From Planctomycetota bacterium (lineage in GTDB: Bacteria; Planctomycetota; PLA2; JAEUHO01): DNA of 64,000 nucleotides. The position numbers and the translations under genes are program-made. The stretch is taken from the NCBI GenBank assembly GCA_965222115.1, contig CBDCTJ010000007.1, forward strand, positions 32,001 to 96,000. The letters are read 5' to 3'. The notes under the pieces were generated by a model. It had not been told where the DNA came from. It made no database searches and saw only the letters and a list, made by a program, of their open reading frames with translations. Shown here in pieces: positions 8,897 through 17,072 of the stretch; the first letter of the stretch is position 1; every line of letters begins with the position of its first letter.

Positions 8897-11407
8897 ATGA
8901 AACCCTCTCATTCGTTGCGGCCGGTGTGGCGCCGTTGCTGTGATGTTTTTGTCTTGGCCTTACTGCTCGGCCTCGCGCCGTATGCGGACGCGAAAGAGGC
9001 CCCCAAGCACGTGCCGCTGGATGCCCGCACGCGTGACTACGAGCAAAAGCACCTCGACATTCATGTACAGCCCACGATGGAACAGGGGACTGTCGCGGGG
9101 CACGTGACGATCACGTTTACGTCCCTGGTGCCCACGCTCGAGGTCTTGCGGCTGCACGCCAAAGACATGAAGATCACCGCCGTCAATGGCGACGAGAGCC
9201 AAGCGCTCAAGTCCACGCTGAAGCACGGCGAGTTGCACATCACGCTAGCGCAGCCCCTGCCGAAGGGTGAAACCAGCAAGGTCAAGATTCACTACAACGC
9301 CAAACCCACGCGCGGATTGTTCTTTCACAAGCCCAGCGATCGCCACCCCGATCGCCCGCTCTTTCTCTATAGCCAAGGACAGGGCACGGAGAACCGACGC
9401 TGGATTCCTTGCTACGACAATCCGGATGCGCGCTGCTCGTGGGATCTGCGCGTGCGCATTCCCAAGCAACTGACATCGGTGTCCAACGGCGTGGCGAAGG
9501 CATCGGAGGAGCACGCAGACGACACGCGCACGGACCACTGGCACTACGCGAGACGTGCACCGAGTTATTTGATTTCGCTCATCGTGGGTGAATTCGAAAC
9601 CGTCAAGACCCAGTGGAAACACGTGACGTTAGAGTTCAACGGTCCTAAGGGTCGTAAAGAGGAGCTCACGACGTCGCTTGCCAACACCGCCAAAATGATG
9701 GAATTCTTCGGCACCTACTTGAAGTTCGACTACCCATGGGAACGCTATGCTCAAACGTATGTGTGGGACTTCGTCTACGGTGGCATGGAAAATGTAACGG
9801 CCACCACGCTCAATATGCGCGCACTGCACTACAAACGCGCCCAACCCAACTACCGCAGCGATGGCCTTGTGGCGCACGAACTGGCCCATATGTGGTTTGG
9901 TGATCTTTTGACCTGTCGCACCTGGCAACACATGTGGCTCAATGAGGGCTTTGCCACCTACTTCACGGACCTCTTCTATGAGGATCACTACGGGAAAGAG
10001 GAATTTCTCGTTCGTCGTCGCGGCCAGAACCGCGGCTACATGGACAAGAACAAGACGCCCCACACCTTGGGACTCAAGAAGAGTCCGCGGGGCGACATTC
10101 CCCTTGAGCTCAGTGGCGGCAAGGCCTACAGCCGCGGTGCCGCCATATTGCACATGCTCCGGCGAGAGCTCGGTGACGAAGTATTTCAAACGGCCATTCG
10201 AGACTACGTAAAACGCTTTGAAGACAGCGCGGTGCGCTCCGAGGATCTTCGATTCGCCGCCGAGGCTGCCGCCGGACGTGACCTCCGCTGGTTCTTTGAT
10301 CAATGGGTCTACGGCGCGGGCTATCCACAACTCGATGTCCGCTATGACGACCGGGCCCAGCAGTTGATTGTGAGACAAACGCAGCCTGTGAAGGGCGGCC
10401 AAGGCCTCTTCCGCATACGCGTACCTATTCGCTGGGGACCCACGGGTAAGGCCCAGGAGCTTCTGATCCATCACGTGCACCACGCGTTTCCCATGAAGCG
10501 CGAAGGTAAGTTTCTGCGTTTCGGCGTGAACGGCGACTTGCTCATGCGCGTCAAGCAAGCGCAGACGCCCGCCGCATGGTCGGCCGCTCTACTTGAAGAT
10601 CCCGATTTCACCGGTCGCATGGACGCCGCGGAAGCACTTGAGTATTTTGGATCCTCGGGCCTCACGGCACTCACCTCGGCGGTGCGTCAAGATGCGTCGT
10701 GGCCGGTGCGAAAGCTTTGCGCCGAGATTTTGAGTCGCCTCTATAGCACGACATCAGCTGCGATCATCGCACCCGCACTTGTTTCTGCTGCGACCGATAC
10801 GGATCCCCGCGTGCGCGAATCCGTCATGCTGGCACTCGGCAAAGCCACCCGCAAAGAGGCCGGTCCCACATTGATGCGCGCCCTTGAGGATCCGCATCCG
10901 TACGTAAAGGCCGCGGCCGCAAAGAGTGCGGGACGACTCAAGTGTGACGGATGTTTTGACGCCCTGAAGGCACTTCTGAGCCAAGACAGTCACAATGAAG
11001 TCGTTCGCATGGGTGCAATTGAGGGACTTCGCCACTTGGGCGATCCGCGGGGATTCGATCTCGCTGTTCCCTATGTCGACTACCGCTGGGGCCGAGGAAC
11101 AAATCACAAAGTTCGCGAAGAGGCCTTGCGTTGCCTTGGTGCATTGGGCGCTGACCGACGGGCATTGCCCGATCTTGTGCGCGAACTCTTGAGCGACCCC
11201 TACCACCGCATGCGCCAGTGGGCGGCCGACACCGCAGGTAAGTACGAGTTGAAATCGCTCACACCCGAACTACGCACGCTTGCGGAGAAGGATTGGAATG
11301 GCGGTGTTCAGGGCGCCGCCAAAAAGGCACTCAAAGCGTTTGGCACGCCCTACAAACCCGAGAAGAAGGACCGCAAGAGCGACAAGAAGAAGACGTCGAA
11401 TCGTTAG
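8897..11407 (+). CDS. M1 family zinc aminopeptidase with C-terminal HEAT repeats, signal peptide
   Basis: GGMEN exopeptidase motif, HELAH-x18-E (WLNEGFATY), AYSRGAAILHMLR; HEAT-like DPRVRE/HPYVKAAAA repeats. Confidence 0.92.
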   Translation: MKPSHSLRPVWRRCCDVFVLALLLGLAPYADAKEAPKHVPLDARTRDYEQKHLDIHVQPTMEQGTVAGHVTITFTSLVPTLEVLRLHAKDMKITAVNGDESQALKSTLKHGELHITLAQPLPKGETSKVKIHYNAKPTRGLFFHKPSDRHPDRPLFLYSQGQGTENRRWIPCYDNPDARCSWDLRVRIPKQLTSVSNGVAKASEEHADDTRTDHWHYARRAPSYLISLIVGEFETVKTQWKHVTLEFNGPKGRKEELTTSLANTAKMMEFFGTYLKFDYPWERYAQTYVWDFVYGGMENVTATTLNMRALHYKRAQPNYRSDGLVAHELAHMWFGDLLTCRTWQHMWLNEGFATYFTDLFYEDHYGKEEFLVRRRGQNRGYMDKNKTPHTLGLKKSPRGDIPLELSGGKAYSRGAAILHMLRRELGDEVFQTAIRDYVKRFEDSAVRSEDLRFAAEAAAGRDLRWFFDQWVYGAGYPQLDVRYDDRAQQLIVRQTQPVKGGQGLFRIRVPIRWGPTGKAQELLIHHVHHAFPMKREGKFLRFGVNGDLLMRVKQAQTPAAWSAALLEDPDFTGRMDAAEALEYFGSSGLTALTSAVRQDASWPVRKLCAEILSRLYSTTSAAIIAPALVSAATDTDPRVRESVMLALGKATRKEAGPTLMRALEDPHPYVKAAAAKSAGRLKCDGCFDALKALLSQDSHNEVVRMGAIEGLRHLGDPRGFDLAVPYVDYRWGRGTNHKVREEALRCLGALGADRRALPDLVRELLSDPYHRMRQWAADTAGKYELKSLTPELRTLAEKDWNGGVQGAAKKALKAFGTPYKPEKKDRKSDKKKTSNR

Positions 11408-11413
11408 CGATTG

Positions 11414-12529
11414 ATGCTCTACACCCTCATCCTTCTTCTCGACGTCATTGGCCTTGCAGGCGGTGCGTGGCTGCTCTGGCGTGCCTACCCAGAGAAGCCG
11501 CGCTCGATTTTGCGAGACGTCGCATTGGGCATGCTCTGGGGTTGCTTTCTCGGTGTGATCTCAGCCGTAGCAGGCTTTGTGCTGCTGAAGTACTTCGGCG
11601 TGCCGCGGCTTTGGTGTCATGTGATCTTCTGTATCACCGCGCCGCTGATGATCGCACGTGGGTTCTGGTGGATGCGCAAGGGCAACCGCACCGGTGGCTT
11701 TATGTTGGCGCTGCTCGGCCTGCTCATGGTCGGCACCTACTTCTATGCCCGCCGTATTGAGCCCTACGCACTTGAGATCAATACCCACCATATCGCTTCC
11801 GCGCGCCTCGCCGAAGCCGGATTTGAAGAGACGGTTCGCGTCGTGATCCTGGCCGACATTCAAACCGACACCATTGGCGACTATGAGAAGCGCGTGTTTG
11901 ACGAAGTGAATCGCCTCAAGCCCGACTTGGTGTTGCTGGCGGGGGACTACCTTCAGTGTTTGACGTACGAGGCGTACAAGTCGTTGCGCCCGCAATTTCA
12001 GGAACTTTTCAAACGAATCAAACACCGACCACGGTTTGGCATGTTCGCCATTGAAGGCAATGTGGATGGCGATGATCGCCTCTTCAACAACACGCCCGTG
12101 CGCGTGCTGCACGATGAAGCCATAGCGCTTGAAGGTGCACCGATTCAAGTCCTGGGGCTGACCGACGCGACGAGTAGGTTTCCTCTAAATGAGGCGCGCC
12201 TCGCGTCAATTCGCGCATTTCACGGCCTGACCATCGTGGTTGGCCACCGCCCCGACTATCTCCTTGAATTTACGAAGTTTGGATCCGACGTTGAGTTCAT
12301 TAGTACGTCGGGCCATACACACGGGGGGCAAATTGTGATCCCCGGCGTGGGTGCAATCGTGACCCTCACGAATCTACCGCGCAAATACGTGAGCGGTATG
12401 CATCGGCTGGGCAAGGCAATACACTGCCCGAGCCGCGGTACCGGCATGGAACGAAACTATGCACCGCGCATTCGTCTATTCTGTCCGCCCGAGATTGTAG
12501 TGCTCGAGATTACGGCTGCTGCACAGTGA
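11414..12529 (+). CDS. Membrane-bound metallophosphoesterase (YkuE-like)
   Basis: Four TM helices followed by ADIQTD, GDYL, GNVD, GHRPD, GHTHGGQ, SRGTG and RLFCPPEI motifs. Confidence 0.85.
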   Translation: MLYTLILLLDVIGLAGGAWLLWRAYPEKPRSILRDVALGMLWGCFLGVISAVAGFVLLKYFGVPRLWCHVIFCITAPLMIARGFWWMRKGNRTGGFMLALLGLLMVGTYFYARRIEPYALEINTHHIASARLAEAGFEETVRVVILADIQTDTIGDYEKRVFDEVNRLKPDLVLLAGDYLQCLTYEAYKSLRPQFQELFKRIKHRPRFGMFAIEGNVDGDDRLFNNTPVRVLHDEAIALEGAPIQVLGLTDATSRFPLNEARLASIRAFHGLTIVVGHRPDYLLEFTKFGSDVEFISTSGHTHGGQIVIPGVGAIVTLTNLPRKYVSGMHRLGKAIHCPSRGTGMERNYAPRIRLFCPPEIVVLEITAAAQ

Positions 12530-13029
12530 ACCCCCCTCCCCTTCGAGTCGATCGCCGTGCATCGTTTAGTGCGGACCGCCGCTATCGCTACTCCCTTACG
12601 CGAACGTGGACCAAGGGATCGCGACTTGTAGCGGTGCTACTCAATCCAAGCGTTGCCAATGAGACCCGTGACGATCCAACCACCACATTTTGCATGCGCC
12701 GCGCGGCGGCGTGGGGCTTTGCTTCGTACGAAGCTGTAAATCTATTCGCACTGGTGGATACCGATCCGCGCGGGCTGCGAACCGTGAGCGATCCCGTGGG
12801 CCCAAGAAACAACGCCGCAATACGTCGCGCAGTACGTCGGGCCGACGCGATATTGGTTGCATGGGGTAAGCACGGAATGTTGTTGGATCGCGCCGAAACG
12901 GTGCTGGCCATGCTCGGGGATTGCGAATTGCTTTGCTTTGGCCGTAACACCGATGGGTCGCCTCGCTTTCCGCGTGCCTTGCCACGTACGATCACGCCGC
13001 AGGTGTATCGGGCCGCGCGATCGAGATAG
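12526..13029 (+). CDS. DUF1643 domain-containing protein
   Basis: YRYSLTRTW, LNPSVA...DDPT, VNLFAL..TDP, VGPRNN and ILVAWG motifs; GTGA overlap with the previous gene. Confidence 0.88.
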   Translation: MNPPPLRVDRRASFSADRRYRYSLTRTWTKGSRLVAVLLNPSVANETRDDPTTTFCMRRAAAWGFASYEAVNLFALVDTDPRGLRTVSDPVGPRNNAAIRRAVRRADAILVAWGKHGMLLDRAETVLAMLGDCELLCFGRNTDGSPRFPRALPRTITPQVYRAARSR

Positions 13030-13099
13030 TCAAGGGACCCGATCAAACGACGTGGCTGGTCGTCGTGAAGCAAATAGGGCTAAGAGCCAAAAGGAGGAC

Positions 13100-13159
13100 A
13101 AGCCAAAGAAAAAAAGCCAAAAAGAAAAAAGAAGGCGCCGGGAGGGATCCGGCACCTTC
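13100..13159 (-). terminator. Rho-independent terminator for a minus-strand transcript
   Basis: The minus strand reads gaaggtgccgg-atccctc-ccggcgccttc-ttttttcttttt: an 11-bp stem that is fully paired (one G.U) only on the minus strand, followed by a U-tract. Confidence 0.75.
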
Positions 13160-13380
13160 GACCCGGTCCATGGACTCCCTACGCCTGGACGGAGGGCGTC
13201 CCGACTACGTGAGCGTTGGTCCCATTCGTGCGCCTACGGACACACAGCGGACAAACCGCGACTGAGAACCATCAGTCAGCGGGATCCTCGACCCACCAAG
13301 GCTGCGGAAACCTTAGTGCGGCCAACCGACAACAATCCCAAAGCAAGGCCGGTGGCCGGAACAGACGACGGCGAATCAAC
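13120..13380 (-). ncRNA. Candidate structured small RNA (possibly Fur-repressed)
   Basis: No convincing CDS; successive hairpins that need G.U pairs on the minus strand; orphan terminator at the 3' end and a Fur-box-like palindrome at the 5' end. Confidence 0.5.
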
Positions 13381-13401
13381 CAAATGAGAATGAGTCTCAA
13401 T
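13381..13401. promoter_or_regulatory. Fur-box-like 7-1-7 inverted repeat
   Basis: TGAGAAT-G-AGTCTCA at 13385-13399 (one mismatch from a perfect 7-1-7) in an AT-rich context upstream of a ferredoxin. Confidence 0.6.
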
Positions 13402-13532
13402 CCCTACGGCAACGCCTCGAAAGCCCACGTAATTGCGGGCGAAGTCCACTTTCGTAGGGCACCTCGCCCTGTATGCTCCACGCGTCTCGAGCGGACATCG
13501 GTCCGCTCGCGCGTTCTCAGGAGTTCACTGAA

Positions 13533-13892
13533 ATGACACACGTCGTCACCGGCCGTTGCGTCGATTGCCGCTACACCTACTGCGTAGTGGAATGCCCCGT
13601 TGACTGCTTCTATGAGGTCAAGGATCCACACATGTTGGTGATTGATCCCGGCACGTGCATCGACTGTGAAGCGTGCGTTCCGGCGTGTCCCGTCAACGCC
13701 ATTTGGCCCGACCACGAGTTGCCCGAAGAGTACGCCGATTGGGAAGCCAAAAACGAAGAGCTCTTCGAACAGGGCGAAGTGTTTACCGAAGGTTCCGATC
13801 CGCTTGACTCCGCCAAACTGCTTGACGAGATTCAAGACGAAGAGAAGGAAAAGGGCTGGGACATTGCCGAACCGTCCAAGGCCTCGGACTAA
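13533..13892 (+). CDS. fdxA: Ferredoxin (FdxA-type dicluster) with acidic C-terminal tail
   Basis: [28 protein letters not shown] and [21 protein letters not shown]; AGGAG RBS before ATG 13533. Confidence 0.92.
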   Translation: MTHVVTGRCVDCRYTYCVVECPVDCFYEVKDPHMLVIDPGTCIDCEACVPACPVNAIWPDHELPEEYADWEAKNEELFEQGEVFTEGSDPLDSAKLLDEIQDEEKEKGWDIAEPSKASD

Positions 13893-13943
13893 AACAGCGT
13901 ACGGCTACCGTCGCGTGCCGACCGGTCGCGGCACAAAAACAAC

Positions 13944-13980
13944 ACGAGGCGACGCAATCCTGCGCCGCCTCGTCTTTATT
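13944..13980. terminator. Hairpin terminator between convergent genes
   Basis: acgaggcgacgca-atcc-tgcgccgcctcgt, flanked by A-rich and T-rich sequence. Confidence 0.6.
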
Positions 13981-14009
13981 TCGACTCGTCTTAACTTCGA
14001 TACGCGAAC

Positions 14010-14732
14010 CTAGTTGGTCGTGGGGCAATCGCAGTCAAGTGCGCCACCGGGGATGGGCTTGCTAAAGATGCGGTGATCCTTGGTGCAGCCGCCAATGCCC
14101 TTACGCACCCAGCGGTAGTGACCGGGCTTATACACTTCCTTGGTCATCTTGACTTTGTACTTGGGGGGCACGTACTCGCGGCGCGTGCGCTTTACGCGCA
14201 CCTTTTCCACCACGGTCTTGTACTCGGGCGGATCTTCGACGCAGTATTCAACGCCGTTTTCACGGATCTTCTTGTTGCACCACTTGAACTCGGGCATGCG
14301 CTCTTTGTATTCCCAGCAGTTGCCACCTTCGCAGTCGCGGGCGCGCTCCCAACGGAATCCGCCGGGCTTGGTCTGCACGACTTCTTGGTTGCACGAGATG
14401 CCGGCACGCTCCACTTTGCGGCGGGTGCGGGGCTTGACGAGCACTTCCTTGGCACGCAGCTCGTACTCGTAGGAAACGCTCTTCTTCTCGCTAGCACAGC
14501 CCACACGAACGAGCTTGGGCTTGGCACGATAGGTGGGCTTCACCCACTCTTTGCAGTAACGCACACCCGGCTCGGGATCGTCGGGCAGATCCAACGGCGG
14601 TGGGGCTACTGCGACATCGTCGCGCCAAGCGCCATCAAAGACTGCGTTGTTCTGGCACGCGCAAAGCGCGCTTCCGACAAACGCCAAAAGCAACGCCGAC
14701 ACAAGCCGACCTGGAACCATCCGTTGCCGCAT
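14010..14732 (-). CDS. Cys-rich lipoprotein with P-x-Y-K-T-V beta-strand repeats
   Basis: Lipobox ALCAC; repeats PTYRAK/PEFKWC/PEYKTV/PKYKVK and PGGFRWE/PGHYRWV; GGAGGAGG RBS. Confidence 0.7.
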   Translation of the reverse strand: MRQRMVPGRLVSALLLAFVGSALCACQNNAVFDGAWRDDVAVAPPPLDLPDDPEPGVRYCKEWVKPTYRAKPKLVRVGCASEKKSVSYEYELRAKEVLVKPRTRRKVERAGISCNQEVVQTKPGGFRWERARDCEGGNCWEYKERMPEFKWCNKKIRENGVEYCVEDPPEYKTVVEKVRVKRTRREYVPPKYKVKMTKEVYKPGHYRWVRKGIGGCTKDHRIFSKPIPGGALDCDCPTTN

Positions 14733-15003
14733 GGATCCTCCTCCCGTATGAGTGTGGACAGCGTCTCACGACGCCCGAAGCCGAGCCCCCTCCCAGGCGC
14801 ACGACCCGCGGCGCTTGTGATTCAAGCCGCTGCGTAGGGCGTAAAGCTATCACGCGGGCCCCTTGCGGGAAAGCCGGGCCCGTCGCTCGCCGCCGCGCCG
14901 AGGCGCGCGCAGACGGCCAATTTCGGTCGTCTGTTACCAATTTGATAGGCCAAATTCGAATCGGCAGGCAATTCCGAAGGTAGACCCGTGACGCTCCGAT
15001 TGC

Positions 15004-16131
15004 ATGAAGGGCAGGTGTGGCGTTTTATCTCCGCCTCAGCGCCGAGACGTTCCCTGGCGCAGCCCGTCGTCCAACCACGTTTTGAGTACGCCCGTGTCGC
15101 CGATTTTCACGCTGAATCGTGAGTTTCAACTGGATGACATCTTCGCACGGCGCGAAGTGGACGTGGCCCTTGCACTCAAAACATTCGCCGACAGCTACGA
15201 AGGCCCCCAGCGCAACGACCTGCACCATGCGATTGACCACGGCGTAAAGAGTCTTGCGTCCATTGCCCTTTCCTTGGAGAGCTACCCGTCATTGAGGGAC
15301 AAAGGCACGCTCGGTCGACGCGAACGCTCCGGGGAAACGTTGATGCACAAATTGCTCGCCGCGGGTGAACACGGCATGGAATGGTCGCTCCCCACCAAGG
15401 CATTGCTTTCGCGCACCTTCGGCATCGCCAAAGTGAATTTCTGGACGGCAATGAAGTATGCGGTGCAAGCGTGTACGGATGATGAGTCGCATCCGCTCCT
15501 GGCCGACATCGAAGGCGCCATTGAAGAAGCGGTCTACACGCGACTGGCCGAAGAGCTCTACGGTTCGTTCGTCACGACCAAGACAACACCGCGTCCTATT
15601 CGATTGGCGGCCGTACAAGCGGGCATCGATTTGTGGGAAGGTCGCGTGCGATTTGCTACGCATCGATTCTGTCCCATTCTGCGTTCCGCATGGGCGGCGC
15701 GCTGTCGTGCACCGCGCACCTTTGGCACCATGATGGGTGCCTCCGAGATGTTTCAACTCATCTTTGAGGACTGCGATCCCAAGTTTGTTGAGTCGTTCAT
15801 GTCGTCGGAAGCCGATGGCGAAAAGACGCAGGCCTTTGAGGAGTTTCTCTTCGATATCTCGTTTGAAGGACTTGAACTCGTGCGCTTGCGCATGCGGGAA
15901 GACGGTAAGGCATGCATTGGTGAACGCGATGTGGCCCGTTACCTCGGCCTGCCAGGTGGCTTGCGGCCCATGGTGAATGCGCCCAAGGCGGTCTACAGCT
16001 CGTTTCGTACGCGCCGCGTAAAGGCGCAGTATCGCACCTCGACCGCTGCGCCCGGCCCCAAACGCGTAGCTGAGTCCTATATGCTCGAAACCTTGCTGCG
16101 AGAACAACTCGAACGCGACGCCGCGTCGTAA
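15004..16131 (+). CDS. Hypothetical protein of unknown function (start uncertain)
   Basis: Long ORF with typical codon usage; motif-like blocks LPTKALL, FGTMMGASE, QAFEEFLF, PGPKR. Confidence 0.7.
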   Translation: MKGRCGVLSPPQRRDVPWRSPSSNHVLSTPVSPIFTLNREFQLDDIFARREVDVALALKTFADSYEGPQRNDLHHAIDHGVKSLASIALSLESYPSLRDKGTLGRRERSGETLMHKLLAAGEHGMEWSLPTKALLSRTFGIAKVNFWTAMKYAVQACTDDESHPLLADIEGAIEEAVYTRLAEELYGSFVTTKTTPRPIRLAAVQAGIDLWEGRVRFATHRFCPILRSAWAARCRAPRTFGTMMGASEMFQLIFEDCDPKFVESFMSSEADGEKTQAFEEFLFDISFEGLELVRLRMREDGKACIGERDVARYLGLPGGLRPMVNAPKAVYSSFRTRRVKAQYRTSTAAPGPKRVAESYMLETLLREQLERDAAS

Positions 16132-16142
16132 TCTGCCGTATA

Positions 16143-16386
16143 GCCCGGATTATTCATGAACTGACGTAAATCGCGCGGTTCTCGCTGGTCTTCGTCCCCA
16201 ATCTCTTTGCGAAGAACCGCTCGACGATGCTTTGCTACATCGCCTCGGAACCTTCGCTTCGACCTTGAACCCGAATCCTTCGCGAGAACAGTCTGTAACA
16301 TGGCGAGGGACCCGAGTCTTAACGCAAGTCTCTGCTGAAGGCGAACTTCAGTTCACATCGACGCGCGCTTCATGAATAATCCGGGC
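16143..16386. mobile_element. MITE-like element, 244 bp, 18-bp terminal inverted repeats, TA target duplication
   Basis: TA-gcccggattattcatgaa ... ttcatgaataatccgggc-TA (perfect TIRs); no transposase inside. Confidence 0.8.
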
Positions 16387-16409
16387 TAGCCCGCGCGAGG
16401 AGATTAACG

Positions 16410-17072
16410 ATGCCGCTCAACTTGGATCGACTCGGCCAGCGTGTGATCGGCACGCTCATCGAAAAGGGCCTCACGGTCCCCGAAAGCTATCCTCTCACGC
16501 TCAATGCCTTGGTTGCCGGATGCAATCAAAAGAGCAATCGCGATCCCAAGATGCAGGTCGAGGACTACGAACTCGAAGGTGCGCTACGCAAACTCATGGA
16601 CGATGAATGGGTGATCCGCCGTGAACGCGCGGGATCACGCACGATGCGCTATTCCCATGCCGCCAAAACGCAACTCGGTGTGGAACGTGGCGAGTTGGCG
16701 ATCCTCTGTGAACTCTTATGTCGAGGACCCCAGGCACCCGGTGCACTCAAGACCCGCATTCAGCGCATGCACCACGTAGACAGTGTGGACGAGGTCGTCG
16801 ATTTGCTCCGTGGCATGGCATCACGGCCGGTGCCCTACGTGGTCGAACTTCCCAAGCGTCCGCGCGAAAAGGCCTGTCGCTGGATGCATCTTTTGGATGG
16901 TTCAACACCCGATGACGCGCGAAGCGCTGCGCCACAAGCCGAAACAACATCCGCATCGCCCGTAACAAGTACGCCGGCGCCACCGGCCCCTTCGCCAGAT
17001 GAACTCGATGCGTTGAAACAGCGGTTGGACGAACTCGAAGAACGCGTTCGTCATCTCGAAAACCGCGAATAA
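16410..17072 (+). CDS. yceH: YceH/UPF0502 (DUF480) family protein
   Basis: RVIGTLIEK..TVPESYPLTLNALVAGCNQKSNRDP, ELLCRGPQAPGALKTR and RWMHLL motifs; C-terminal coiled coil. Confidence 0.9.
   Translation: MPLNLDRLGQRVIGTLIEKGLTVPESYPLTLNALVAGCNQKSNRDPKMQVEDYELEGALRKLMDDEWVIRRERAGSRTMRYSHAAKTQLGVERGELAILCELLCRGPQAPGALKTRIQRMHHVDSVDEVVDLLRGMASRPVPYVVELPKRPREKACRWMHLLDGSTPDDARSAAPQAETTSASPVTSTPAPPAPSPDELDALKQRLDELEERVRHLENRE

Noticed and set aside
9629-10558. Long antisense ORFs (also 17424-18386, 20213-21088, 42945-44006, 54192-55229, 56743-57615)
   Set aside because: Shadow frames of well-supported genes in GC-rich DNA; no motifs of their own.
13085-13130. Three agccaaa-A-rich repeats
   Set aside because: Too short and irregular for CRISPR; explained as the U-rich tail region of the minus-strand terminator.
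14939-14956. aatttg-N6-caaatt palindrome between divergent genes
   Set aside because: Single copy and no cognate regulator nearby; could be an operator but unsupported.
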